Of a stretch of DNA of 62,000 bases, positions 28,747-41,886 are shown piece after piece. The position numbers were made by a program, and so were the translations under genes. The DNA comes from Octopus vulgaris (lineage: Eukaryota). The DNA lies in contig OX597824.1 of assembly GCA_951406725.2 (NCBI GenBank), positions 32,446,001-32,508,000 on the forward strand. Direction: 5' to 3'. The notes below the pieces were generated by a model that made no database searches, had not been told where the DNA came from, and worked only from the letters and a program-made list of their open reading frames with translations. Within the stretch, counting starts at the first letter, position 1; every line of letters starts with the position of its first letter.

Positions 28747-30036
28747 CGAGGGACGTTCAATAAGTAATGCCTCTGACCCACTTGCAGTTGTTTGATCTAG
28801 CTGAACTTTTGCATGTGCAATCATTTATATCTCTATAGAGTAAGTGGCAAATTACAGCTCTGAATTAATTGTGGTTTCTGATTTACAGGTGTTTGAACCG
28901 AGTCAAGTGTGAAATGGAGCCTGTTGAGTGTCGAGCAGTGATCCGGTTTTTGTATTTAAAAGGACGCACACCACAGGAGACTTTTGATGAAATGAAAGTA
29001 ACTTATGGTGATGATGCCCCATCATATAACCTTGTAAAACGCTGGCATCGTGAATTCAAACATGGTCGGAATTCTGTGGAAACAGCTCCCAGATCTGGTC
29101 ACCCCTTCTGCCATTGATGAGGCATCTGTCCGTCAAGTTGAGGCTGCCATTTTGGAAGATCGACGCATAATTATTCGCCAAATAGCCCATGAGGTCAAGA
29201 TTAGTACCGGATCTGTGGGAACTATCATTCATGACCATTTGCATATGCAAAAGGTGTCTGCTAGATGGATTCCCAAGTTGCTCACGCCTTTCCAGAAGCA
29301 AGAATGCGTCGAGTGCTCGAGGGTGAATTTGGAGATGTGCCAAGAAGATGAGTCAAAATTTTTCAAAAGACTGATTACACAGGATGAAACCTGGGTCCAT
29401 CACGATGATCCAGAGACCAAAGCCCAGTCAATGTAATGGAAGCACCGTGACTCACCCCCTCCAAAGAAGGCAAGGGTGCAGCCCTCTGCTGGCAAGGTCA
29501 TGCTCACAGTCTTCTGGGACCAGGACGGAGTAGTGATGACAGATTTCCTGGCAAAGGGTACCACAATTGCAGGAGCCTATTATGCTTCACTTTTGAGGAA
29601 ATTAAGAGAAGTTATCAAAATCAAGAGGCGGGGCAAGATCAGCAAAGGCATCCTCCTCCTGCAGGACAACGCTCCGGTCCACAACTCACTTGTCGCCAGA
29701 TCAGAAGCACAGGCGTATGGCTATGAACTCCTCCCCCATCCCCCTACTTTCCTGACCTTGCACCCTCTGATTTTCACCTCTTCCCAGTCATGAAGTTGTT
29801 TTTGAAAGGAAAGCGTTTCCCAGATGATGCAGCCTTGATTTCTGAAGTCACGTTCAGGTTGGAGGACCAAGCTGGGGTCTTCTACAAAACCGGTCTCCAG
29901 AGCTGCATCAAGCAATGGGAGAAATGCGTAACTCTGGGTGGTTCCTATGTAGAAAAAGACTAATAACTGTGCCAAGTTTCGTTGCTCTACTGCTATGGGA
30001 AGTGGGTCAGGGGCATTACTTATTGAATGCCCTTCG
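28747..30036 (+). mobile_element. Full-length mariner (DD34D) DNA transposon, 1290 bp, TA target-site duplication
   Basis: TA at 28745-46 and 30037-38. 37-bp TIRs (cgagggacgttcaataagtaatgcctctgacccactt) with 4 mismatches. Encloses a transposase pseudogene. Confidence 0.96.
28914..29963 (+). pseudogene. Mariner transposase pseudogene (two frameshifts, one premature stop)
   Basis: HTH N-terminus MEPVECRAVIRFLYLKG, then WIPKLL, QDETW, QDNAPVH and YFPDLAPSD motifs. Frameshifts near 29105 and 29745; TAA at 29434-36. D34D spacing after repair. Confidence 0.95.
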
Positions 30037-30429
30037 TAGGATAAGTGCAATTTTAAAACATTTTCACCAGCACAATTGATACTGATACTGTTTAGGAGAA
30101 TTTATAAAGTTTGCAAACACACAGAGACATACACACTCACAAATATATATATATATATATATATATATTAGTTGTCTACTTCTTATGCAGAGTTTTACTA
30201 CCTCCTGTAGCAATATCTTAGGACCATCATGGCATCTCACATAGCTTTTTAAACCAGACAATGTTTTGAAAAGACATTCACATAGATTGCATATCCCATC
30301 TGGACCACTAAGAACTGCAAATAAATTCTGGTATTTGTGGATCTTCAAATGTCTTTTGTGGCCTATGTACACACTTGTGCTCACCTTATAGTAGGTATGT
30401 ATCTAAATTTTATATGACTCTTACTCTAT

Positions 30430-31055
30430 CTTTTAGTACCCCATGTACTTTCTTCCTCTTTACTCACACATTTCTTGGCCCTCTCATTCTTTAACTCCCT
30501 CATTTATCTCCCCTGTACCTTTCACTTTGGTTTATTTAATCCTCTAATCCCACTGCCCCCTACCCCTCTCTCCCTCTCCCATGTGATCAGTATCTGGCCA
30601 GGCATGATCTTTCTTTCTTGGCCTGACTGCCGACTGCCAACACCTCTTATGTCCATCTCCTATGTTCCTGCCTTTAGGCTTTCACTTGATACAAGCCAGT
30701 TCAAATTGATTCATTCTCAGTCGAAAGACACCTGTTGTTATTTTCTTGTTGTTTGTATTTGTAATTGTGTACCATGTTCTACGTTCTCTGTATTTGTTGT
30801 TGTACACATTCACTAGCTTTCTTACAAAAAAAATCTAATGCTCATAGCTTAGACTTTTTTGGGTGCAACCAGATGAACTGTCTCAAGTGTAACTGCCTGA
30901 AACAGTAAGGACTTCTGGTAACTTGACTGAGGATAGAAGGCCATGAATGACCAGTCTTTGCTTTTGCAAGTCCTTCTAATTGTTGTTTCTCCTGTTTGCC
31001 TTTGCATCATCTATCTGTCCAAATGTTTTATTGTCTTCTATTGCGTTTTTGTTCC

Positions 31056-31060
<5 letters not shown>
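30430..31060 (+). repeat. Unclassified dispersed repeat (possibly Penelope-associated); partial inverted copy at about 50120-50430
   Basis: Shared aatctaatgctc.tagctta...cttgactga.ga..gaaggc..tgaatg.cc.gtc between the two loci. Confidence 0.5.
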
Positions 31061-31093
<33 letters not shown>

Positions 31094-31094
<1 letters not shown>

Positions 31095-31311
31095 GAAGGG
31101 TTGATGAAAATTCCTGGTTTTAAAGGTATCCACAAAAAGGCCTGGCTGGAGGCCCATCCTTGTGAGTTCTTTTACAGGGCTTAGAGAAACTGAGAGATCG
31201 CTGCAATAAGTGTGTGAATCTAAGAGGCGAATATGTGGAATAAAATCAGAATTAACCAATCTGCCTGTATTTTCTTTTACCCAAACCCAGGAACTTTCCA
31301 TCACCACCTCG
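31094..31311 (+). mobile_element. Mariner-derived MITE (218 bp) inserted in a (TA)n tract
   Basis: Imperfect TIRs cgaagggttgatgaaaattcctgg / ccaggaactttccatcaccacctcg. Last transposase codons EKLRDRCNKCVNLRGEYVE* retained. (TA)n on both sides. Confidence 0.85.
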
Positions 31312-32969
31312 TATATATATATATATATATATATAAAACGACCCAGTATATACAGTTGAACCAACTACTTTTGTATGAATGTAGGTTCATTGACTCATTA
31401 GAAAAATGTGTGTCCAGAGCAGATAACACCCATCAATTATAAATAAGATCATGTTTGGGTTTCCTCTTCATATATTTTGCATTCGTTTCATGCTAAATAC
31501 TGAGTAATATTTTCGATGGAAATCACTGAACTATTTTATTTAAAAGAATTTGGTATCTTAGAGTATTTTTCTTGAATATTTGTTCAAAATGGTTAATTTT
31601 TGGTTTTCTCTTAACCTCTCACAGAAAGAAAGTAGTTAATGAATTACTGTGTTTTGAAATTGTTAAATTGTTTTGGAAAGGAAAATTATAGATCTTGGTT
31701 ATGAATCTAATGCCAATGGCTATGTTATTACTTTGGATGGGGGTACCATATTCTTAATTTATGAGAAAATATTTCTTAATATTTTCCACTTTTAATGTTG
31801 TGGCTATAATATACCTATCAAGTTTTTTATTGCAGAAGATTCTTGCCTATTTGTATTAGAATAAAACAAATATCTTACCAAATAAAAACAGAGGAATTGT
31901 CTAAATTATGTATACATTCTTTAGTTTATGTAGTAAAATAATTTGTTTCAATAGTTTAAAATGTTTAGAAAGGTAATATTTTAAAAATTTGTTCATAGCT
32001 TTATTAATTTAGAAATACTATTGAAAAAACATCTTGATGAACATTGTAACTACTAGAACTCAGTGTACAATCCACTGGAAATGATGTTCCCATCTTAAAT
32101 AGTAAAGGCCTTAAGTTTAAATAGAAAAAACAATCAATATGAAACCACATTTTAATAAACATTTTCAAAGTGCATCAAAAGGACTAATGTATAATAACTA
32201 TACCAGTTTCCTTGTGTTATTTGACTGAAAAAAAGAAAGAAGACACAAATAGAAAAACAAAAGGAATTACTACTTTCCTGAAGATACTTAGGATGAATTT
32301 ACCCTATGGTAGAGATTTCAATTTTATCTTTTTTATTTGGTTTGTATAAAGACAGTAACAAAATTATAGAATAGAATTGTAGTTTTGAAGAAAATATTAA
32401 AAAATATAGTACAAAGATGACTATCCTTGTTAACATATTTTAAATTCAAATACACATAATAAATTTTAAGTTATCTAATTAGTATTGGTATAATTATTAT
32501 GAGTATTCTAAAATGTAACTGCTTTTAATATGCAAATGTATTAAAAGCTTAAGCTAGAATATAGCAGAGAATTTGATAAGTATTTCATGAATAATATTTT
32601 CATAAATGTATAACTATATCTTCCTATATTAATAATTTATCTGCTAAATCTGACAGTATAACTGATTTTATTTGAATATGTAATTCTAATTGATGAGTAT
32701 AAATATTTAAAGATTAACATGTGTTGAAGTGTTTTGAGGTGAAAAGTTTTATAGGGACTGAAAACAAAACAAAAAACAATATTTATGATAGACTAAAGGA
32801 ATATTCACAGTCGAGAAATGATAACAAGAGATGATTACAAAAGGATTTTTTCCCCCCAACAGTATATTCCATTAAAAAACTTTTTTTTTAAATTGTGAGT
32901 TCTGTTTAAAATTGCAGCAAACTGACATTCTTGAAAGCTAATTAAAGTGTTAATTGATTTGCTACTTAC

Positions 32970-33190
32970 TGTGTGAACGCCACAAGGAAATCACATACAA
33001 CATCTCGTTGTCCCTTGGTGAGAGAGCGGCACTTTGTATATCTGTACACGGTATTCAAAGTGTTGTCCATCAAGGCAGATACATGGTCAGCATCTCTAAA
33101 GAAGTGACAGTGGGCAGTCATCAAGGGTAGGACGGAGTTACATAAGTATCTGTTAAGTGCCAATGCCATATCACTTTCATCTGGGGTGAC
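32970..33190 (-). CDS. RyR: RyR window-exon 20/33: VTPDESDMALALNRYLCNSVLPL...SLTKGQRDVVCDFLVAFT
   Basis: tttaag acceptor, gtaagt donor; 221 nt, phase 0 to 2. Confidence 0.95.
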
Positions 33191-33388
33191 CTTAAAAACA
33201 AATATCAGTTAATATGTTAATTTTGATTGGGTGAATTTTTAATAATTAAATTAATAACTAATTAAAATTGAGTGCATTTTTAATAACTATTAACAACTCT
33301 ATTGACACATATAACATTTCAACTCAAAAAGTCTCCAGGCATTAGACATCAATTTAAGGATTAAATTTGTAAAGTTTATATCAATTAG

Positions 33389-33710
33389 TGAAGGTGCATG
33401 GCTCAGTGGTTAGAGCATCAAGCTTATGATTGTGAGGTTGTGAGTTCAAATCCTGGACCAGGCTGTGTGTTGAGTTCTTGAGCAAGACACTTTATTTCAC
33501 ATTGCTCCAGTTCACTTAGCTGTAGAAATGAGTTGCGACATCACAGGTGCCAAGCTGTATCGGCCCCTTTGCCTTTCCCTTGGATAACATCAGTGAGAGG
33601 GGAGGCTGGTATGCATGGGCGACTGCTGGTCTTCCATAAACAACCTTGCCCGAAAGGGTAACTTTCCAGGTGCAATCCCATGGTCAGTAATGACCAATGG
33701 CGGTGTCTCT
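33389..33710 (+). mobile_element. tRNA-derived SINE, family B, with 14-bp TSD
   Basis: TSD tttatatcaattag. A box tggctcagtgg, B box gagttcaaatcc. Confidence 0.87.
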
Positions 33711-34537
33711 TTTATATCAATTAGGATAAACTATGAAGGGGCAAATAAACTCAGTTTCAACATTATTTGCAGTAAACAACAAAAAACTGGTCTGCAATAC
33801 TGTATGTGTTAATATAAATACCAAGATCCAACATGACTACAGTTGCCACCGTCAACATCATCATTTTCAAACTTGATTTTAAAATTTCAAATAAACTTAA
33901 TCAGTAAAAACTCAAGTAAATTTAATCAATAAAAATTTCTCCAAAACACCTCTCCCTAACAACCTACCCTGAAAATTAACTGTCACTCCACTCAAACCCA
34001 CATATCCTAAGAAGCTTTTAACTCAACAAAAACTATATAAAGCTAAGATTAACTTCTATGCAACACAGTTCAATGATGGCTTAACTGGCCAAAACTTCAA
34101 AGGCCATGTCAATAATGTTTTTGTTTAAGAATAATGAATGTGTTCTGTACAAAAGCATAGAATAACCCATGAGATTAATGTAAAATTGTTTTATTATTAC
34201 TAAGCCTCATGTTTAGTGACATTTTGTCTGTCTTTATGTTCTGAGCTCAAATTCTGCCAAGGCTGACTTTGCTTTTCATCCTTTCGGGGTTGATAAAATA
34301 AGTACCAGTCACGCACTGGGGTTGATGTAATGGACTTCCCCATTCCCCTGAAATTGATGGGTTTGTGCCAAATTTTGAAACCATTATAACTAAACCGAAA
34401 AAAAACAAACATTAACACTATGTATATGCATACATACACGCAAACACACACACACAAATATAGGGAGAGATATATAGAGAAATAGATCTCCCCTAGTGTA
34501 AGATGATGAGTAATTGAAAAGTAACAATTATACTTAC

Positions 34538-34701
34538 TGTATCCAATGACGTTGCTGCTCGAAGATCAGGTAGGAAACCATCTTCTAGTAATCTGAAGAA
34601 AACTGTTCGATCTGGTATTCCATAGACTCTTTCCAAAAACAGCACAATGGCTGCTTTATGTGTGGGTACCAATCCAGGTGGTAGAGGAACTGGTACTCCT
34701 T
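34538..34701 (-). CDS. RyR: RyR window-exon 19/33: [27 protein letters not shown]...[14 protein letters not shown]
   Basis: taacag acceptor, gtaagt donor; 164 nt, phase 1 to 0. Confidence 0.95.
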
Positions 34702-34844
34702 CTGTTAAACAAAGAAATATATAACAAAATATAGATTTGATATTTAATAAATTGTGCATGAATCTGAAAGGGTGAGTATGTGTGTGTGTGTGCATGTGCA
34801 CAGGCATACACTGTAGACACTCAAACTCTTATGCACACAAACAC

Positions 34845-34887
<43 letters not shown>

Positions 34888-36415
34888 TGAATACACACAC
34901 GCGCACACACATCTGCAGAGTAAATTTTAGCCTCTTTAAACATTTTCGAAAAGAGAACAATTAACCCATTGGTTGGAACTGAATAGCTAAAAATGTTAAC
35001 CTTAATAAACACATCCTTGCATGTATAGCTGCATACATACACACACATGCCTTCATTGATGCATCCATACGTACATATATAAATACATGTGCATACATGC
35101 AGACATACATTATATCACTTAATATCTAAGTAGTATTCTGAGGGTTTCATGCAAATGTGTACATTGCAAAACCAATTTTTAAGTGAAACAGTGGAAATAT
35201 ACAAGACTTTTTCTTAAATATAGAGGAGGTGCGTGGCTTAGTGGTTAGGGTGTCAGCATCATGATCGTAAGATTGTGGTTTCGATTCCTGGACCAGGTGA
35301 CACATTGTGTTCTTGAGCAAAGCACTTCATTTCACGTTGCTCCAGTCCACTCAGCTGGCAAAAATGAGTAATGCTGTGATGGACTGGCGCCCAATCCACC
35401 TGGGGAACACATATGCCATTGAAATCGGGAAACTGAGCCCATGAGCCTGACTAGGCTTTAAAAGGGTACGTTTATTATTTTATTATTTTCTAAAATATGA
35501 GGATAAATTTCCTTGCTGGATGGGGATTACATAATGCTGAGAAGTATTTATGCTATGGGTTCTTTTAGATGTGATGCTTGAGAGCATCCATAGTGGGTTC
35601 ATCTTTTTGTAATTATCCATTAGCGTTAGGAAGGGCATCTGGCGTTAGGAAGGGCATCCAGCTGTAGAAACACTGCCAGATCAGACTGGAGCCTGGTGCA
35701 GCCTTCTGGCTTCCCAGATCCCTGGTCGAACCGTCCAACCCATGCTAGCATGGAGAATGGACGTTAAACGATGATGATGATGATGATGATGATGAACAGT
35801 CATCCAGGCCCACATGTGAAGGTAATATATATCAACTCATTATATCAACTCATTTATTAATATTGACTCGTTTATTATATCAGCTCACTTATTATATCGA
35901 CTCGTTTATTATATCAACTCCAATATTCAATTGCTATTTATTTTATTGATCTTGTCAGAGGCAGTCTAAGCAAAGTCAACATTCATAAGCAAGGAAGCAG
36001 AATGTTAAGTGCTATAATCAAACACTGCAAGATATTTTGGCCAAAGCTTTTAAAATTCTACTGATCCATCGTAAAGATATCATCATCATCATCATCCTTT
36101 AACGTCCATTTTACCATATTTGCATCAGTCTGTTGGAATTTATTGATGCAGATTTTCTACAGCCAGATGCCTTTCCTGTCTCCAACCCTCACCTATTTCC
36201 AAGCAAGGTAATATTTTCCTAATGCAAGACATGCTTTTCAGGGAAAAGGATGTTGATGATGCTTATTTGCAGACATCACTTGATGTCTAGACAAGGCTAT
36301 GCACAAGAACACACACATGTATGTATGTATGTGTGTACGTACGTACGTACATACATACATACACACACACACACATACATACATACATACATACATACAT
36401 ACATACATACATACA

Positions 36416-36451
<36 letters not shown>

Positions 36452-36787
36452 TATGATAGGCTTCTTTCAGTTTCCATGTGCCAAATCCATGCACAAGGCT
36501 TTGATTTTCCAGACACTATAGTAAAAAGTGCTTGCCTAAGGTGCCATACAGTGGAACTGAACCCAAGACCACATGCTTTGATACAACCATGCCAGTGCCA
36601 TGACTGATATTATTTACATTGGTGGATTTGACATTGAATATTGTTCTAACACAAAGATTATAGTATTAAAGAGGAAATCACTCAAGGAATTGAAGAGTTC
36701 TGGTAGATTTTAAAATTTATCTTAAAGATAATACTGAAATTGGTGAAAATGTGTTAAAATGAAAGAACATATTGTGTTTGAAAGTAC

Positions 36788-37041
36788 CTTCGTATTGCCC
36801 AAATCCTGATGGTAAAATGAATCGGAGTCCTAATACACCTTCAAGGTCTTCCATTGACACCAAACTCCGAAGAATAGCACGGGCTCTCAAAGAATTGCTT
36901 CGTCCAGCTTTAAGGGTCTCAGCATCAGGAGCACAGCGTCCCAATAAATCAACCAAACTGGAGTAGAAGTTGAGGATTGCACATCCCATGTCTATGTAGT
37001 CTTCATCATCATCAGCTGGTAGAGTTGTAAAATCATATTTA
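36788..37041 (-). CDS. RyR: RyR window-exon 18/33: [19 protein letters not shown]...DLLGRCAPD...[20 protein letters not shown]...QYE
   Basis: tttcag acceptor, gtactt donor; 254 nt, phase 2 to 1. Confidence 0.95.
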
Positions 37042-37193
37042 CTGAAAGAAAGAAAAAATAAATTCTCTAATGAAGCCAAGTATTAAAATGATTCCGTTTG
37101 AAAGTTATTTATATACAGGGATGTTTTTTAAAGTGGGTTCCATGAAAATATTTCGAGGTTCCATGTTGAAATTTCATAAAAATGTATTTTATA

Positions 37194-37411
37194 TATTTCT
37201 TTACTACCCACATGGGGCTAAACACAGACGGGACAAACGGATTAAGTCGATTACATCAACCCCAGTGCATAACTGGTACTTAATTTATCGACCCCGAAAG
37301 GATGAAAGGCAAAGTCGACCTTGACGGAATTTGAGCTCAGAATGTAACAGCAGATGAAATACGGCTATGCAATTTGCCCGGCGTGCTAATGTTTCTGCCA
37401 GCTCGCCGGCT
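37194..37411 (-). mobile_element. tRNA-derived SINE, family A, with 18-bp TSD
   Basis: TSD ataaaaatgtattttata (37176-93, 37412-29); closely similar to the 1466 copy. Older relatives with a different tail at about 3063-3290, 6200-6370, 6447-6660, 34200-34385, 38930-39150, 45230-45650, 59600-59780, 61012-61480. Confidence 0.87.
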
Positions 37412-38049
37412 ATAAAAATGTATTTTATAAGTAAAAGTTGGAATTACATCCTAGAGTCAGGGGTTGTCCATAAAAACAGGAATGGGTTCAATGATTTTTG
37501 GAATATCAAATAAAAGTTCTTTCACCAAATATGTTTGGGTCCACAGTTTGTAAAGTGTATTGATGACATCAGAAAAAATTTTTAAACTTTGAGAGATTTA
37601 GAATAATTAATTTTTGACTGTCCAACTCAAAGTAGACAAAACTGCAAATGATAGTATGTGAAAATCCTCAGCAGTTTTGACTTTCTCTATTGAAAGAGTT
37701 GTTTTGACTACAGATTTACATGCTGTTATTTGAGTTGCATGGTTAAGAATGAATAGTTTCATGTCTCTAGAATTTTAAAAAGTCCCTATGATATAAATGA
37801 TATACCGTTTTTGATTGCAAGAACAAAGCGTCTAGAAGGAATAGAGTATATGTTCTTGTTTTTGATGAGTAAATTCTTTCTTCAAAATAAATTTTGTTTC
37901 ATTTAATATTTTATTAAAATTATGGCTGGGAGTTGTCCCTAAAAATAGGAATGAGTTTGTTTTTTGACAAAATATATTTGAGAACCATTAGTCTGAATGT
38001 TGTAATGTTACTATAGTGATAGTTATAAACACTAATTTGTATGTCTTCT

Positions 38050-38085
<36 letters not shown>

Positions 38086-38350
38086 GGGAGAGAGAGAGAG
38101 AGAGAGAGAAGAGTTGCCAATTTCATTCATACTGATATATTACAAAAGCATAAAATGAATTCAGTACTATATTGTATATACATATTATATATAAATGTTC
38201 TGCATGCAAAAGTTATATTTGAGAAATTTTCTAGTGTCATTATATATGGCTGAGGAGGATATTATGAAAGAACTATCTTACATAACTACTCAAAACACAT
38301 ATATTAAATGCATTCAAAATATCAAAATTTCAACATTTGTTTTTTGTCTG

Positions 38351-38398
<48 letters not shown>

Positions 38399-38426
38399 AT
38401 GTATGTATAATTATTGTTATAATTAC

Positions 38427-38652
38427 CTTTGGAAAAGGTATTCTCCACCTGTGTCATCATCATCATTAATGACTCTGAGGAAGTTTGCAGCATTAGTGTC
38501 TTTGGCTGCTGCAATTTGTTCAGACATTTTGATTCCATCTCGGGTAGCCTTAAGCAATCCACTTCCTTCACCACGCAGGGCTGGTCCTAAGCACTCAGGC
38601 TTGCGGATAAGTAGGCGAACTACTAGATTGGCATTCTCCTCCACACTTTCTC
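38427..38652 (-). CDS. RyR: RyR window-exon 17/33: [33 protein letters not shown]...EYLFQ
   Basis: atatag acceptor, gtaatt donor; 226 nt, phase 1 to 2. Confidence 0.95.
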
Positions 38653-39464
38653 CTATATTATTAAAAGATAAAACGTTATATTGCTTTATACAAATCATGA
38701 ATTTAGAATTTCTCATTTGGAATAATGAATATAAGAAAATAAACTTCTACATGTAATGGGAATATTAAATATTTCTGTATACTTTATTCTTTTACTTGTT
38801 TCAGTCATTGAACTAAGGTCACGCTTGGGCACTATCTTTAAGGGTTTTTCTGTATCAGACATATATTTCAGTTAAGTAATTATTTTATCAATCTCTTTTT
38901 GTTGAACATCTAAGATTTAGTACATGAATAGTGGTTTCTAGTTTTGACACAAGGCCAGCAATTTTAGCGAGCGGGTGTTAGTAGATAACACCAACCTTCA
39001 GTGCTTGACTGATGATATATACCATCAATCTTTAAAGGATGAAAGGCAACATTGACCTTACTGGGGTTTGAACTGAGAGCATGAAAACCTGGAAGAAATA
39101 CTGCCAAGTATTTTGGCCTATGCGATAATGCTTCTACCAGCTCACCATCTTGTGACATATAAATAACATTGCTTTCATTGTGATTGCGTAAATACATACA
39201 CAGGCATGACACAAACTCCAACACTGTGTGTGTGTGTGTGTTTGTGTGTGTGCGTGTGTGTGGGAGAGAGAGAGTGAGAGAGAGAGATGAGCTTCTGTAG
39301 AGTTTCCACCTATCAAATTCCATTTTCAAAGGTACTGGTCAATCTGAGGCTATAATAAAAGACACTTGTCAAGGGTGCCACTCAATAGGATTGAACCCAG
39401 AACCATGTGGTTGGGAAATGAACTTCTTAATCATATTACTATGCTTGCACCTAGGAATCTTTTG

Positions 39465-39868
39465 TCTCTTTTACTTGCTCCAGTCATTGGACTGCAGTCA
39501 TGCTGGGGCACTACCTTGAAGGTTTTAGTTGAATAATCAACTCCAGGACTTAGTTAAGCCTAAGCACTTATTCTATCAGTCACTTTTGCTGAACCACTAA
39601 GTTTTGGCGATGTAAACACACCAACACCAGTTGTCAAACAGTAATGGGAGGACAAACACAGACACAAAGACACCCATACATAGATACATACACACACACA
39701 CATATATATATATATACGAAGGGCTTCTTTCAGTTTTTGTCCACCAAATTCTCAGGTTGGCTTGAGGCTATAGTAGAGGACACTTGTCCAAGGTGACATG
39801 CAGTGAGACTGAACCCAGAACCATATGGTTGGTAAGCAAACTTCTTACATGCAGCTACTCCTGTGCCT
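39465..39868 (-). mobile_element. tRNA-derived SINE, family C (internal microsatellite)
   Basis: Head, (TA/TG)n and a 3' arm ending aaacaagtaaaa. Other copies or halves at about 3405-3750, 13848-14195, 36455-36600, 39295-39452, 40160-40537, 42101-42320, 42340-42725 (+), 48725-48825, 52808-52937, 61920-62000. Confidence 0.8.
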
Positions 39869-40634
39869 ATGATCCAGAAAGATCATACAGAATAAATTAA
39901 CTTGACCCACAGAGATAATATAGAATAATACAATATTTATGAGAATTTCAGAAACACAGATTAATTAATATTCAAGTTATCAGAAATTAAGACATTATTG
40001 TAAAAGTATGTCTTTTTCATAAATAGAAATATTATTATTTCTAAGTCTCTCTAAAGGAGACTATGGCAGCGGTACTGGATATTAAGTTATCACCAAGCTA
40101 ATATGGCAGTCCATAAATGTAGGATGAAAGCTGCCATTGATTAGCACCAATTTATCATCTACTTGTCTCAGTCATTAGATTGTAGCCATGCTAGAGTACC
40201 ATGCGAAAGAATTTTTTTTGTTGAATGTATCACCCACCGGTTCTTATTTTTTAAAAACCTGGTACCTATTCTGCTGGTCTCTTTTGCTGAGCCACTAAGT
40301 TACAGGGATGTAAATACACCAACATCAGTTGTCAAGTGGTGGTGGGGGTGGGGTCATAAACACAGACACAATGAAACATATACATATATACAATGAGCAT
40401 CTTTCTGTTTCCATCTGGCAAATTCACTCACAAGGCCTGAGGCTATAGTAGAAGACACTTGCCCAAGGTGACATGCAGTGGAACTGAACCTAGAACCATG
40501 CTGTCAGGAAGATAATTTCTTACTACACAGCCATGCCTTGTCACTCAAAACGACTTAAGTAATTAATAACTTTTTTTTACAGAATTTTGTCATATTATAG
40601 AAGTGAGGAATCTTCATATAAAAAGTTTACATAC

Positions 40635-40874
40635 CATTTACCCAGACACAGAATCGGAAAAAGTCCAAGAATCTCTCTCCTTCTACAGGATCCCAGCCAA
40701 TATCAGGATATCCTTTCTCCAAAAGTTCAGCATTGCTTTGGAGGCCGCAACGAGACAAATAAACAGTAATTCTTTCCAAATTCGACTCTCTGAGAGCTAA
40801 AGCAAGTTCGTTGTTATCCATAAGAGAAGAATATGCAACATCAAGTGGACAGGAGCCTCTCAATGATGGACGAG
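40635..40874 (-). CDS. RyR: RyR window-exon 16/33: [27 protein letters not shown]...[26 protein letters not shown]
   Basis: caacag acceptor, gtatgt donor; 240 nt, phase 1 to 1. Confidence 0.96.
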
Positions 40875-41077
40875 CTGTTGGATTATAAAAGAATGGTAAT
40901 TTATTCAAGGCAATGAGCACAAAAAAGAAGACAACACAGAAGGGGTAAATGTATTAGTTTAATACTTAAAAAGAAGAGAAAGAGTTTTGATGTTTCAGAC
41001 ATAAGTCCTTAATCAGAAGAAATAAGAGAATGAGAAAAAGTGGTTGGAAAAGACAACAAAGACAACAGGCCAGGTGG

Positions 41078-41121
<44 letters not shown>

Positions 41122-41436
41122 TACATACAGATTAAAAAGATTGGATTCTTTGGATCCTTGTGCTGTGGATGTAAGTTTAGCATTTTGATGAGATTCATCA
41201 CAGATTTAGAGAATAAATACTTTTCACCACTCAGTACACTTTTAAATAATTCTTAACAAACTCTATAGAAATGGTGATATATTTTCTAGTTGATTATGAA
41301 ATTGTATCATATAGAAATGTCTTGTTTGACAATTAATGGTTAACCTCTCATTACTGGAATGACAAATCCTATATCTCTGAATCCTTACCATAAAGCAGTC
41401 AAGTATTAATGCAATATACTTTGAACAGAAAATAAT

Positions 41437-41870
41437 AGTCTGTTGTGTCTGGGGAGAGTCATTTTCTTTCTGTGCCTTATAATGTAACATTTATTTAGGA
41501 AAATAAAAATAAGAAATAAGTGGAAACTTTACTAGTAAGTGTGTTTTAGATAAAATGAAATATGTGAAGACTTATTCATTAAGAGAAGACTTATTTACTG
41601 ATAAAATATGTAAAGACTTTCTGTTATGTCTGGGGAGAGTTATTTTCTTTTTGTGCCTTATAATTTAATACACTCACTGGTAAAATTTCCACTTATTTCT
41701 TAAAAAATAATTTAAAAAAAATAAGTGGAAATTTTACTGGTGCGTGTGTTAAATTATAAGGCTCAAAAAGAAAATGACTCTCCCCAGACACAACAGAATT
41801 TGCTTCAATACACGAACTCATATAAAGAATCGTGCAAGCCAAATCCAAAAACGAAATGGAAAATAATAGA
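41437..41870. repeat. Fold-back repeat, copy 1 (about 80-bp inverted arms)
   Basis: Arms 41620-41701 and about 41719-41797; extra partial arm at 41437-41490. Confidence 0.85.
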
Positions 41871-41886
41871 CTTTGCATATACTTAC

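Noticed and set aside
37113-37940. CAGGG-starting possible TIRs near 37116, 37458 and 37925
   Set aside because: Could not pair termini or find a TSD
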